A stretch of DNA of 64,000 nucleotides, taken from the NCBI GenBank assembly GCA_002633005.1, contig NMRA01000473.1, positions 253,668 to 317,667 of the forward strand, in the 5' to 3' direction. This stretch comes from Phoronis australis (lineage: Eukaryota > Animalia > Phoronida). The position numbers and the translations under genes are program-made. The notes beneath the pieces are model-generated. The model searched no databases. It was not told the DNA's origin and saw only the letters and a list, made by a program, of their open reading frames with translations. Positions 50,131 to 63,288 of this stretch are shown here, in pieces. The stretch's first letter is position 1. Each line of letters begins with the position of its first letter.

Positions 50131-50683
50131 AGGAAAACACCTTAGACTTAAGAATGAAAACAATGCAGTTACAAGTCAAGTCATGGTGAATGGTTTTAAA
50201 AAAGATATTATTTAAGGTTTATTTGAGAATTTCAGCACAGGCATACATGTTATCCAGGGCTCATTGGAGAATAATTTCAACACAGGCAAATGTAGAGATA
50301 CACTTCCTTGCCACTTCCTACTTAAATGTGAAATAAAAATACTAGTATCCTAATTAAGACTATCAGCCTGGATTTAACATGACATGATTGGTTTCAATAT
50401 CAACTTGGATTTGTGAGAAAATATGCAATGAAATATTCAAATTTTGAAAGTGTTGGTCAGCTCTATTACTACTTACCCATTGAAAGCATTTTTAATATGT
50501 TCTGGCAACAAAAATATCTAAAACTTCTGTAAGTTTTTTTTGAGGAGGAAATGCAGTTTTTATAGAGGTTTATTAAAACAGCTCGATGAATCAGCATGGC
50601 AACATTGAACAACTCAGTGTATCAGCATGGCTGCAGTGAACAACTCAATGTATCAGCATGGCTACACTAAATTCATTACATAC

Positions 50684-50834
50684 CTTTGAGCGAGCTTTGC
50701 GCAGACTCAGCTAGACTGTGGCACTTGTGTGACAAACTAGTCACGTTGATATTAACATCATCAACAAAATGGATGTTAGTGTCCTTTACTTGGTGAAATA
50801 CTAGTGGCTCTTCCGATGTATGACCATAAACAGG
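50684..50834 (-). CDS. TAF6L: TAF6L exon 3
   Basis: TTCCAG / GTATGT; PVYGHTSEEPLVF...SSLK; phase 0/1. Confidence 0.88.
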
Positions 50835-52656
50835 CTGGAAATGACACGTTTATTGCAAAATAAGCAGCCAAATAATACAAATATGGATAAACTATGCTCA
50901 CAACAAAAAATCAAAGGATCTGCTAAGCGCCTTTCATTAGTGTTTCACTAAAGGGTTGAAGCGCCTACTCTTCACAATATGGTGGCAGATTCTGGGAAGT
51001 TTGGGAAGTTGCTACCTCCCACCATTTCTGTTAAAACAGCTGACTAGCTTTCATCAACGAACGCAGCCAAATGGCTGACCCAACTAGTTGAAGGTAATCA
51101 CAAACATCGTTTTTGAATTAACCGCAAATTAAGGATCAAACTGACCACGATTTTGTAACATTTGCTCATGTGTTTGGAAGATAAAAGCACATACTGCTTG
51201 CACTGTATTGCCATTAGGCCTATGGGCGTCTGTGCAAAACTGCTCTTATGTGCGAAACTTAGGCACATGCACTAATTTGTGAATCACTTGGGTAAAAAAG
51301 GCCGTGAAAAAAAGGAATTAATTTGGATACAAGCCTCTAAATGCACGACACACAGTAATACAAAACTATTTACCAAAGTTCTTGAAATAATGCCAGGGAA
51401 TTCCAAATATACAGAGACGAACATAAAAAACTGTCATTAGGAGGCATTGCAGTAGTCACAACGGGTGCACCTATAATGACAATGCATTATGGGCATATGC
51501 AGGGGACATAACCTAGATTTATAAGCAAAACTATGGCGCATGTGCCAACATGCAAACCACTTGGGTAAAAAAGCTGTATAAAAAGGCATTAATTCGGATG
51601 TAGGCTCATGGACCTAAAGGCGTAGCAATACGGTAAAACTTTCTTTTAGTTCCGTTATGAAAGTGTATAGATTTTTCAACTCTCGCATCTAAGTCAAGTT
51701 ACAAAGGTTGGAAGCAAAAGATGGCGGTGGTCAAATTTAAGACTGGACAAAGAAATGCTTTTACTATTTTGTGTGGTAATTCAGGTGCAGGCAATTTACT
51801 CAAGTCACAGCATGCAGATGACTATATGATTATTATTTCACATTATTAAACGCAACTATAGAGGGTTCCTGTTGGTTGTGATACAATCAGATAAATTACC
51901 ATACTCATCCACGGTAATGCCAGGCATCAGCTTATCGCTGATCCATGAAATTAAAAAGTGTTTCCTTACAAGCCCCAAAGCCCACCTGCAAATTACACAA
52001 TCGACCTAAAAAGTGCCTTGTCTTTGCGAGCACCCCTTACATCACAATTCTAGCTCTAATATCAATGTTTTACCCAATTCACCATTGGCGTAAGACCCTA
52101 TCCTCACACAAACATATCAAAAATTTTGTTTTCAAGTGATCGTGTTTCATATAACACCCACACGCTGATTTTTGAGCTCCACAATTCAAGCACCTTGGAC
52201 TGAAACCGAGAGAGGTGTGTAACAGTTCTTTATCAAAACACTATCAAAACAATCTCTATGTATCATGTACTTTGTTCTTTGTTGCTTTTTGTTCAACTGA
52301 GTGTGTCTGTTATCACATCAAAATCAAAATTATTGAGATGTACCGTAGTGCTTATTTAAAAACTTAGCCTCAGAGATTTAAACACCTTGTTGAAACAACT
52401 TGGAAGGTGTGAATTCTATTGGTTAGACTATTTGATCTAGTTCCACCAACCATCTACACTGGATCTTATCTTTTGGTAGACAATTTCTCTAACCACCATC
52501 AGGTGAGTGGCAATTGAAACATCATGAAACATTCAATATAAAGGTTCAAACTAATTGCAAATCATCAAGAGATTTAGCATTTTACAAAGAAACAACTCAA
52601 AACAAATTGTTGAGGATGCAAATGATACAAAGAAATGAGACATAAAATTGACTTAC

Positions 52657-52743
52657 CTCAACATGGCTGTTCATTAAAGCTTTATTTAAATCCGAAGTTG
52701 TAAGCTTCTTTCGCTTTGCATGTTTCATAAACTGGTAAGCACC
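52657..52743 (-). CDS. TAF6L: TAF6L exon 2
   Basis: TACAG / GTAAGT; GAYQFMKHAKRKKLTTSDLNKALMNSHVE (H4-like histone fold of the TAF6 family). Confidence 0.92.
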
Positions 52744-53189
52744 CTGTAATTAATGGTAAGCACCCTGTACTCAAACTGTAGTGAAATATATAGTAAGCAC
52801 CACGTAGTGGAATAAATAGTAAGCACCATGTAATCAACGAAACCGGTACAAATGACAACCGTTTTATAATAATTGTCATTTGAAATTACTCAGGTACGAC
52901 GACAGAACCAGAGGACGCTTACCCTTGTGCACGTGTGTCCTTTGAAATAAGCAGTATGGCACAAAAGTGCCTAGCGAAAACGCCAGTAGTTTTGGAACAA
53001 CTCATATCTCCACCAAAGCGCCAGCAAAAGTGACCCACTCCCACAGAGAAGTCCAAAATATTAACCACACCACTTAGCGCCAGTGGAACCATCCAAGCAT
53101 GTCAAAAACTAACAGGGGTCTTGGGTTTTGCACAACAGTTTGATGCCCATTATTCAAAAAAGAAAATTGGTTCTCAAACTGCAGGACCC

Positions 53190-55510
53190 CTGACTATCTC
53201 GTGACACGTGACTTCCTCATCCAACAACTAGATGGACTTTGCAAGACAGTTGAACAGGACAGTCAATTCTCTACAGCAGAGGTTGCGGATGCTATCAAAA
53301 CTTGCAAAGAGGTTGCCCCTCGCCCCGATGGCGTGAGAGTCCTGACACTCAAGTCTTTGCCTGACTTTCTGCTGGCCAAGCTTGTGAAGTCCTACAACGT
53401 CAGTTTGGCCACTGGAATCATCCCTCACATCTGGACAGATGCCTTCTTGATTCCTGTACCAAAACCTGGAAAAGACCATCGTGCACTCACGGGATATCCC
53501 ATCATAGTGATGCAGAACGTCATTGGAAAAATCCCTGAAAGGATCATGGCGCAAAGAATCACCAAGTTAATTGAACCCTGGCTCCTCCCAGGAATGGGTG
53601 CTTATCGATCTGGTAGAGATTCATGGGCCAACGCAGCTTCTGTTGCAGATGAGATATGGCAAGGTTTTGAAAACAAAGAAAACACTCTCCTCGTTGGCCT
53701 TGATCTAGAAGATGCGTACAATTCTGTTCAACTTCCAAAACTTGTGGATGGCATGCTTCATCTCGGTATTCCTGTACGATGCATTAGATGGGTGATGAGT
53801 GCCCTGAATAGCCGGCGATGCATGCTAAAACATCGCACATGGCATTCAGAATGGGTATCTGTCAACACAGGCTTATCCCAAGGTTCACCTCTGTCCCCAG
53901 TGCTGTTCAATATCTACACCCTCCTACTCGCCAGACTGAACCGCGCTGACTGCCGACTTCGCACCTTTGCAGACGACATGCTGCTGTCATCGCAAGGACA
54001 AACACATCATGAGATTCTCCACAAAGCAGTCTTCATTGATGAAAATCTGCGAGTTTTGTGCTACCAGCGGAATGAGCTGCAATGGAGACAAATGTGAAGC
54101 TCTCTTCTGTACTCTGGACAATCGCCTCAGTGTTGATGATTTCCCTTGCCCTACCTACGATGGGAAGTTGATTGCAATATCTGACCACATGTGTCACTTG
54201 GGTGTAGAACTCGACCGCAGACTCAACTTCACAACTCAAGTTAACAGTATGATCAGCCGTGCTAACAGAGGAATCAATGCCCTTAGGGCTGCGGCTGGTC
54301 GGAAGGCGGAGGAAAGGCACCTCGTCATGCTTTATAAAGCCCTGGTCACTTCGGTCTTCAAGTACGCTCTCCTAATGATCAACATCAGTAAAAATCAAAT
54401 CAACAGACTTGAGAGGCTCCAAAACATTGGTCTTCGCGTCATCACTGGATGTACGAGATCTACGTCAGTCACAGCATTGCGTTACCTTGTCGGTGTTCCC
54501 AGCATAGCAGACAAGACAATCTCTTCTACAAGGTATTACTATAGCCAAGGCTGTTCAAAGCCCCTTCCATCCATTACACAGTCAAGTGAAGACTGCACTT
54601 GACAAGTGCGTGAACCCCGTCCCTGCAACCGAAACTTATGGACTTCGTCCTAGACCTTTTCACAATGCCTCCCACCAAAGACTTAGCAGGTGCTCGTAGA
54701 CTGTCGCTGCTGTCAACGCAACCATGGGTCTCATCAGCGAACACATGATCGCGCAAGATGCTGCTTGGCTGCCAGTACAAGAACTTGGTGAGGAACCGAA
54801 TGTCATCCTTGCTTTCAACAGGGAAGCTCGGGAATGGCCTCCTGGAGTAGCCCAAGCATTGTGCCGTCAGCAATGGCATGATCTTGGCGGTATTAATGCC
54901 ATCATTGTAGCAACTGATGGATCCTTCGATGGTGAAACTAATCGTCACGATGGGGTTAACAAATACGCTGTGCTAACAACGTCATTGCGGAAGGTAGTGG
55001 CTGCCACCATGAAAACACAAGCAGTACGCGGATGGAGTTTGAGGCTATACAACGTGCCCTAACCAAGCTGTCACTCCTAGACCTGGAGAATCACACCATT
55101 ATCTTTGCCACCGATTCCATGGCAGTGTTGATGAAAGTTCAATCTGGAAACCTCCCAGCCAACTGGGGTGTCTTCCGATCACGCCACCCTCATCATGTAG
55201 TGATCTGGTCTTTCGTACCTGGCCACACTGGTGTCTTGATTAATGAGCATGCAGATTACCTCGCTGGCTCATGCACCACCAACCAACCCCTCTACTTATA
55301 TTCTACTTAAGCTGCTGGCCCGCAAATGCAACCTTGAACAGACTGCATCGCAACTGGCTGGGTTCAATGATAGCAGCCGACTGCTCGAAGCCGGTATTCT
55401 TTATGGCCATGTTGCGAAGAGTCACAAGAAGAGCAGTGCCCGAGTGCTGTCAAATCAAATGCTTACAGGCAACGTCAGCCCTGGAGTTCTGCGCCTTCTG
55501 CTGTGACGGG
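53190..55510 (+). mobile_element. I-group (Ingi/Nimb-like) LINE with RT and RNase H, frameshifted
   Basis: APRPDG..IPVPKPGK..LDLEDAYNSV..GLSQGSPLSPVLFNIY..FADD..LGVELD; RNase H TDGS..E..AI..AL..TDSMAVL..VPGHTG..NEHAD. Confidence 0.9.
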
Positions 55511-56321
55511 GATGGTCTGGGGAGGGGAATAATGCACCAGCATATCCCCAATGATCCTGTTCGTGACAGGTATTACAGGTATTACATGACTTCCGGGTGC
55601 GACGTATAGTCAAATATAGCTAGCCAGCTAGATGTATGAAGACTATCGTCAAAATACAGCTAGTAAGGTACCACTGTGTGTCGAGCTCCGACAGATCTCC
55701 AAATTCCACACAGCTCAAATAGTTTTGCTCATCATCTCGCCATGAAACTTTTATCAACATGTAGAGCTAACGACCAGCGGGGGTGCATGAAAAATCTGGA
55801 AGTCAACCGACACTCACCATGCCCGTTACAGCCTTTTGGGTGAAAAACTATCTAATAAGCGTCATTTTCAGTTCTTTGCCTTATGTAACAAAGAAAATGT
55901 GTCATTATTTTGAAAACAGTACGCTTGTGACACACGCACACACCACTTCCTAAAATTTTCCAACATCCCTCGGAAGATGACAGGTTCACAGCAGCAAATT
56001 TTTTTCTGAAATGCGATTTGTGCCTTGTACACAACGTCGTGGAAGAAAAACAGTTGAATTGGCGAAAATAAGAAACTGGCCAATATGTGACGCATTATTT
56101 CATGGTGCCGAAAGTTGACGTAAAAGATCACACCACAATTTAGCAGCAGAATAACGGTAGAACGCCAATTTTTCCAACACTGGTACATAATTTAGTTTAC
56201 TCAAGGAAGAGTGCAGAATTTATTGACACCAATTTTGTATCAAATTTTATCTGGTACGCTTTTTACCCACATTGGCCCATTGTATTTAGTATACAGCCTT
56301 ACACCAAGGTTAAGCTAGATA

Positions 56322-56920
56322 CTCACTGGTTCCCTGCGTGCCACTATGTGGTAGCCAGCACACAGGTAGCAGGCAGTTGCACGCGCTTTATCATTGGTTG
56401 ATGTAACCTAGGCAGTCATTGGTTAGCTTTATAACAAAGTGAAAAAAGGGTGGACTATGAACGATTTTTAGCCTTGTCATGCAAGTGGCATAGCAACAAC
56501 TATTTCGTTTCTGCATTAATGTCTAATTGCCGCGCGCTTGAAGAACATTCATGTACAATAAACACGCTGTCATCTGGCTGATTTAACTAGCGTACTGTCT
56601 TATTCAAACTGTACAAATACAGGACAGCAACGTAAACAAAAGTCAGCGACAGTAGAAAGATGCACCTGACTCCGAAAAGGCACAACTACAATTTTTGGGA
56701 TTCAGATTTCCTGAACATAAATTTTAAGCATCGATTTGTCTGTACAGCAGACCGCATTTGCACTTGTTCCATCAGTCACGCCAGTTCGTTTGCGTAAACC
56801 GCTGCCTGTTGAGAATTCGACCAGCCAATCAAAAACGCAGGTGTAAAAAAAATTCCCGCGGAAAATTAAGTGATACCTGCGTCCAGGCTACCACCTAACG
56901 ACACGCAGGGAACCAGCGAG
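56322..56920. mobile_element. Non-autonomous DNA transposon with 9-bp TSD (MULE-like)
   Basis: CTCACTGGTTCCCTGCGTG ... CACGCAGGGAACCAGCGAG TIR (imperfect to ~47 bp); TSD AGCTAGATA/AGCCAGATA. Confidence 0.8.
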
Positions 56921-57175
56921 AGCCAGATAAAGCTTCTCTAAATCGGTAGCCAGGCAGCAATTGCCTCTTGGATGAACAGTTTAGAGTCGTGGCTCTCACA
57001 CACGCAACCAGGTTCAAATGCCGGAAATTTTCTGCAACTATGATGAAAGTCAGTGAATAAGGTGCATTCAATTCCTGCCTTGCGAATTGATATTGACTGA
57101 GCTATCAAAATTAGTCATTAAAGCATTAGCCGGAGCAGTGGAGCTCAATGGCAACCATCAAGAATAAACTCGTAC

Positions 57176-57364
57176 TTGAAGTACATCGCGCAGCCTGTAA
57201 CTGACATCTTGCGACAGAAGGGCGGCAGCTTCGTTCGACAAGTCACTGTAACCAACAGATTCGCCCATCAATTTCACGGACTCCTTGGATAAAACAGACT
57301 GTTTTTTGTCGTCAGTGGTGGGGGCTGATTTTTTCTTCTCATCTGGCTCATGTTTCACACTCAT
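57176..57364 (-). CDS. TAF6L: TAF6-like (SAGA subunit) exon 1, histone-fold start
   Basis: MSVKHE...SKESVKLMGESVGYSDLSNEAAALLSQDVSYRLRDVLQ, then GTACG donor; phase 0. Confidence 0.9.
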
Positions 57365-58043
57365 AATGAAGTGTTTAATTACAGGATAAATCACAACCAC
57401 CTGCGCTACAGGGTAGCTACACACACTCCACAGACTGCACAGTGCTTATTATTTTTGACACATTTTCGACATTTCCTGTAGAAGAAAGATACGTGCGATT
57501 TGATACATTGTATTACATCATAAAAACACGTTAAACTTATATGATGTCATTTTTGAAATTATAACAACATGATTTGCTGATTTCCATTTTTTAATTGTCA
57601 AAAACAACCCTTTAGTAAATTTTCGTAAGTAGTATTTTTCCACAATATACTATGACGTCATGAATAAATAAGTATTTCCTTCGGACATTTTCTGAGGTTG
57701 TTATGCTGGATGAAAGTGACATTCATATCTTATGGAAATGGACAAAATTCTGGCCTTGATGTTATTTACTTGCTGGATATGTCGTTCTGATGATTCTTTG
57801 ATGAGTTGAAAATGTTTAACACGTTTGGTTGCTTCACTGTGACCGCTTAAAATCCATCCGGATTCGACGTCTTTCGTTCGGACTTGCCTCTGCTCTGTCC
57901 ATTCGTGCCTGTGTATCTCAATCTTAGTCCTAGCTGCAGAAAACTGGGCGTTCTTTGTGTTCACCTTGTTGAGTGACACCAATTCAGGGCGATACAATGT
58001 AAGACTATGGTGTTGAATTATTTAATTGTTAGTAACGTGAGCC
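57365..58043. promoter_or_regulatory. Putative bidirectional promoter/5' UTRs of TAF6L and SOCS; palindromic CRE TGACGTCA at 57653-57660
   Basis: Divergent ATGs about 680 bp apart with no recognisable TE between them. Transcription starts cannot be seen from sequence. Confidence 0.55.
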
Positions 58044-59300
58044 ATGGATGAAACACCAACTGTTTTCAATGAAGGAATGGACGGTCAACAACCTTCAACC
58101 AACCAGCCTACTCAACAACCTTCAACCAGCCAGCCTACTCAACAACCTTCAACCAGCCAGCCTACTCAACAACCTTCAACCAGCCAGCCTACTCAACAAC
58201 CTTCTACCAGCGAGACTAGAAAAGGCTCATCAAAAACGAGAAAGCCCAAATTCCTGTCACTACATCGTAAACATACTGCACAGCATAGTGGCCATGCAAC
58301 TTGGAAAAGAACTCTTCGAGTGAAGTTTGCATCTTGTTTACGTGGGGCGAAGGCACATGGTATTCCAGATTCTAGACCCAGCCCTGATGATGGAAGATGT
58401 GTTTGTACAAGCTATAGGCGTACGGAAGATCACGTGCTTGGAGCTGGGATTGTGTTTAGCGCTCAATATCCACCATCATCACCTGGACGCTTCGACTTGC
58501 TAGGACGTCAAACAAATAGTCCTGTCTGCAGAAGCCCAGATGTTATTGGATGTCCTAAGATAATGCCAGAAATGGAGCCTAGTGTTGAATTATGGAGCAG
58601 AGGCTCTAGAGAGTCCAGTCTTGTGTCCAGCTTGTCTCGACAGTGTGCCATTTCTACTGAAGTTAGGTCTCCACAACTTCGCTACAATGGCAGTGTGGAT
58701 GAACACTCAACTGAAACTTTTTATAGTGAATATAGAACAAAAGTTGGATCTGATGGCCCAGCTCCTACTGTAGTTCATACTCAGATAGATTATATTCACT
58801 GCCTCGTGCCTGATCTACAGAAGGTGACGAATTGTGGCTATTATTGGGGAGTCATGGACAGGTATGAGGCTGAAAGTCTTCTGGAGAACAAACCAGAGGG
58901 GACGTTCCTGCTTCGTGACAGCGCTCAGGATGAGTTTCTGTTTTCTGTCAGTTTCCGACGGTATGGAAGGTCACTGCATGCTCGCATAGAACAATGGAAA
59001 CATAAGTTCAGTTTTGACTCGCATGACCCAGCTGTGTTTGCTTCTGACTCTGTTCATGGTTTGATCGAGCATTACAAGGACCCAGGCTCCTGCCTGTTCT
59101 TTGAGCCAATGCTTATTCACCCATTGAATCGTACAGAAGTGTTCTCTTTGCAGAATCTCTGCCGTGCCATTATTTGTTCTAACACTACATATGATGGTAT
59201 CAGTTATCTCACCTTGCCTAAGTCTCTCAAAGAGAGCTTACGCTACTATCACTACAAGCAGAAAGTCAGAGTGCGTAAATTTGAACTTGCTCATGTATAA
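58044..59300 (+). CDS. SOCS5: Suppressor of cytokine signaling, SOCS4/SOCS5 (SOCS36E) subfamily; SH2 plus SOCS box
   Basis: 418-aa ORF with GCCATGG Kozak context; [46 protein letters not shown]2; [11 protein letters not shown]...LPKSLK SOCS box; C-terminal [11 protein letters not shown]. Confidence 0.95.
   Translation: MDETPTVFNEGMDGQQPSTNQPTQQPSTSQPTQQPSTSQPTQQPSTSQPTQQPSTSETRKGSSKTRKPKFLSLHRKHTAQHSGHATWKRTLRVKFASCLRGAKAHGIPDSRPSPDDGRCVCTSYRRTEDHVLGAGIVFSAQYPPSSPGRFDLLGRQTNSPVCRSPDVIGCPKIMPEMEPSVELWSRGSRESSLVSSLSRQCAISTEVRSPQLRYNGSVDEHSTETFYSEYRTKVGSDGPAPTVVHTQIDYIHCLVPDLQKVTNCGYYWGVMDRYEAESLLENKPEGTFLLRDSAQDEFLFSVSFRRYGRSLHARIEQWKHKFSFDSHDPAVFASDSVHGLIEHYKDPGSCLFFEPMLIHPLNRTEVFSLQNLCRAIICSNTTYDGISYLTLPKSLKESLRYYHYKQKVRVRKFELAHV
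58086..58210 (+). repeat. 27-bp coding tandem repeat (QPSTSQPTQ) x~4.5
   Basis: CAACCTTCAACCAGCCAGCCTACTCAA units, nearly identical at the DNA level. Confidence 0.95.
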
Positions 59301-60919
59301 CCTGTTAGAGGTTGTCTCATATGTCTGCTGCTTATAAGTAATGTATCGTAAATACTCGTGCAGCACCTTGCTTTTAAGATAAACTCCTTCCGTATGAAGT
59401 TGAGGGTATACAGTATATTTATAGCTTTTTGTGTTTTATGTGTCTCACTTCAAAAACCACTCACTGTCTATTGACAATGTAATAGATAATTTTGCATAAA
59501 TGTTTATTCAGGTTATCCAAAGTCTAGGCTTAAAGTAGCAATAAGGTAAATGCTCACACTCCTCAATTGTAATGGATAGTTCCATCGTGTCAATCAGACT
59601 ATTGATTTTGGCCAGTAAGGGCACGGGGAAATTCGTCCTCCAACATTCATTGGTAATGAAAGCAGTTTGTTTTTTATTTAGCAGACCTTCATCTAGTGAG
59701 TGCCCAGTGCATTCTAATGGACATATCCTGACTCAGATTTAGACACCCTAGTTAGGATGCTCTGCTCTAAAGTACAGGAATTGGTATTTTCCTCTTTTAA
59801 GAGGATTTCCTCTTTTTTGGTTTCGATTTCCTCTTGTTTGATTTCCTGTTTTCTTGTTTTTCGTCTCTTGAAATTGTTTATTTCAGTTAAACTTTACAAC
59901 ACAAAAAAAAATTCTTTCCCACAAGCCTATTTATTTGTGGAAGGATATATCACCTGGAAAATTTTGTCCGTTTTGTCATTGGACATTGCAAGCCCTGAAA
60001 GTATTGATGTTTCTTTTAACTTTATAACAGCAGTCCTGGAATCTCATTGACCTGTCCAGAATAAAAAAGGTATACAAGATATAACCCAAAATAACACCAC
60101 ACTAAAACAGCGATTTGTCTTGGTTAATTAAAATGCAGTGGAGATGTCATTGATCTTGGAAGCCCTGAAAAATTAGCAAACTCATTTTGGACATCTTATT
60201 TTTGAAATCTTGGTGGACTACACCCTAATATGTGTGGATGGCAACACCTGAAGATTTGACCTGGCAGACATTCAAAGAGTCATGTATTCTTAGTGCTAAT
60301 GCCAGATCTGTATTGGCCACCAATAAAACTTAACGCTGTATTATCATGTGAAGACTTTTCTTTTATATAATCATTTGTGCTGAAGTCTATGGAATAGTTA
60401 TTGAGCACTCCAAATCGTGTTTCACAGTTCATAGTGGCAAGCAGGGTAGGTCTAATACTATCTAGCTGTTGCAGTACATCTGATACCTGAATGAAACTGA
60501 GATGAATAGTTTTGGTAATTTATGAAGGGACTCGAAGACTAGAGTCCATACTGATGTGTGTTTCAGTTAATTTACTCCAAGGCCCTATGTGCTTGTTTGA
60601 CTCTTTCATCTGAAGCTCATGCTGTTGGCTTTAGGGGACTTCCACCATATCTGCTTTGGGCTGTGTTGGATTTCACAAAGTTTACCACTCACACCAGAGG
60701 CCTAAACAGAGACATAGGGGTTCTGTCTCACTACAAGTCTGTAGTGAATAGACTCCAGTAGCTGCGTATGTCTCTGTTTGGGTCTCTCTCTCTCTCTCTC
60801 TCTCGTCACACGTAGGCCTACCCCACTGATATTTGCTATCTCATGTTGTGTTCATATTGTTCACGTTTATTGTATGTTACTATGTGGTCCTCTGTGCCAT
60901 TTTATTTTAGATCTGTTTA

Positions 60920-61030
60920 GCAGTCTGTAGCACACCCTTGAGATAGAGCGCACCGCTCGATACGTGGGGATATTTTAATATATTTTAGTACCGACGCTCG
61001 TCATTTTAGTTTTACTAGTTTTACTATTTT
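60920..61030 (+). repeat. 111-bp dispersed module with hammerhead-like fold, copy 2
   Basis: CCC-TTGAGATA-GAGCG-CAC-CGCTC-GATA-CGTG-GGG followed by a T-rich tail. Confidence 0.85.
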
Positions 61031-62503
61031 GGATTTCACAACAATAAGTATAGTGGGCATGGCCTAACTGTATTTGTGAAATTATCCATTCAACAGATTG
61101 TGTGAGAGTGATTTTGACGTAGTTGACTGAGCTGATTTTGCCAGGTCAACCAGCTAAGATATAAGTTTTCACCAACAACTTATGGTCTCGGCTGGTGGGA
61201 CTGGCAAAGTCCACGATGTGCAGCCATTGAGATAACCATCAATTTTGTGTTTAATGCAAAATGATGTTTTCAGATGCATAAGTGATTATGAGAAGTTTGT
61301 GACTTAAAAAGATATATGTAATACATTACTGGAAATTAATATGTAAAAAATAAAGAGCAATCATTGTTTTAAAGCATTCAATTCTGATGTGACTTTCTGT
61401 TAAGACAATTTTTCAACATGTTCATCCGTTGGTGGACACTGGCTATGTAGTGCAAATATGCAACTCCTGGTCTTATTCATTCCACTTCAGATTACTCTTT
61501 CATTCTGCATTGAAAAGGTGTCATGAAGTTTACATCCTGAAGCATGCCGCCAAGATGATTGTAGCCTGGAACACCTGACTGGCAGGAGTATTGTATCTTA
61601 CTTTTTTGTCTATGAAAAAGTTGTATTTGAAATAACATATCATAGGTATTTAGTTAAGTTCTATTATTGCTTCCTGGCGCTGTTCTCTTTGCTAGTGGCA
61701 ATGTTATGAAGAATTTAACAATTGTGATTTGCTTGCTTTGATGAAGAATTCAAATTTATTATGTGTAGTATTTAAAACCGCCTATACCTGTATCATTCAG
61801 TACACTATCAAGGTGGTTCTCCTTAGCCTAGTTACTTTTGCTAGTGCAATATGCTATTTATAAGTTGTTGATACTGGACAGTCATTTTAAGGTCATGGGA
61901 TGTAAAGGATGCACCAGTCTTACCTAAACAATATGTATTTATTTATTTGTTGGATGTGTCATTCTTAATACACTGTCCTCATTGTTGTGGACCGAAATAC
62001 ATTGCACTAAGTATTGGCATTTCAATTACTATAATGACATCTCACAGACACTAATTAAAGACATAGCAAATTAAACTGGGTAAAACATGAAATCTGTATG
62101 AAACTACTGAAGAAGTAGGTATACCTTTTATTTAGTCCTTAATTTCAAAGAAATTAAATAAGTGAACATTATCTATACACATTGTATGTGTTCACTTTGT
62201 CCAAAATGTTTGTGGAAAGAAGATGTTTTAAGAAAGCAGTCGGAAATGTAAAAGGGCACAAATTCGGGTTGGATGAGGGCAGTAGTTACATCCATGGTCA
62301 CAAGTCCCGGTTTGGTCCTCTTCCTTTAACTTCGCACCCTCCCCCCTCCCTCCCCCCGTGGGTACGGGTGATCAAAACAAAAACCTTGATACTGGTGAAT
62401 GATCTTTCGAGAGCGAGCTGAAGTCTCTATGTACTTTACCTCATAAAACGAATACAAACTTCAGAGGAATTGGTTGCCTTGAGGCACCCATTCTGTCGTG
62501 CCC

Positions 62504-62664
62504 CAGTGGCGGATTTAAGGGGGTCAAGAGGGCCGTGCCCCTACCCCCTAAAATTTTCTTAGATTCTGTTTGTCAGTTTGGGAGTGCGAATGTCTGATGG
62601 GCAAAATACTGGCTAATATTCTGGCCTGCCCCCCCCCCAACCCAAAATCCTGGATCTGCCCCTG
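62504..62664. mobile_element. CAGTGGCGGA-type MITE
   Basis: CAGTGGCGGATTTAAGG ... CCTGGATCTGCCCCTG imperfect TIRs. Confidence 0.7.
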
Positions 62665-62909
62665 TGCTCGGACATGCAGCTTGACTCAGTGCATCATCTC
62701 AAGCAACAGTGACATGTCATTGCTTTTCAATCCTAGAAACCAGGCCCGTAGACTTCATTTCTTATCCTAAGGCGCTTTCCCATTAGGGTGCCTTCGGTAT
62801 ACCGAAGCCTCGCCGAAACTTCGCTTACCTTTCCGACTCGACAGCGATATCGAACTTATCGCTAAGATACCAGACAACGCAGCTCATTCGCACTCTCAAA
62901 CGAATATTG

Positions 62910-63288
62910 CCGGGATTTTCCGTAGATAAGCTCACCCGATGAAAAGCCTATGGGCGTTTATTTGATGTTACATCTTCTGGCGCCAAGTGTCCATATAGTG
63001 GGCGCCTGTATTTGGAAAATTTCCTCTTAAAAGCCCACTCAGCGTCGACTTTTTGACACAAATTCAGATTTGTGGAGCATTTGCATTTATGAAAACGAAC
63101 ACGGTGTTGGCGAACTATATGCATTCATTAACATGAAATTTAAATACACAGATTTAAGTAAGAAATGTCGGTGTGAGCAAAACTATTCCTTTCCGTTTAC
63201 ATGCCCCCTTTCCGTTTATTTGGTGTCATTAAAACGCCTTAACATTTTCATAATACACGCCTATGGGCTTATCTACGGAAAATCCTGT
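62910..63288. mobile_element. TA-target MITE, relative of 17914-18382
   Basis: CCGGGATTTTCCGTAGATAAG ... CTTATCTACGGAAAATCCTG. Confidence 0.8.

Noticed and set aside
56965-57026. tRNA-like A/B boxes (also 29410-29481)
   Set aside because: No complete cloverleaf; at most decayed SINE heads, not tRNA genes.
57365-58043. STAT site (TTCnnnGAA) expected upstream of a SOCS gene
   Set aside because: A manual scan found none; only an N5-spaced TTCCTGTAGAA near 57473.
59714-60060. Charged peptide on the minus strand (KRRKTRKQEIKQEEIETKKEE...) downstream of SOCS
   Set aside because: It is bounded by stops, has no coherent exon chain or domain, and may be low-complexity UTR or a decayed fragment.
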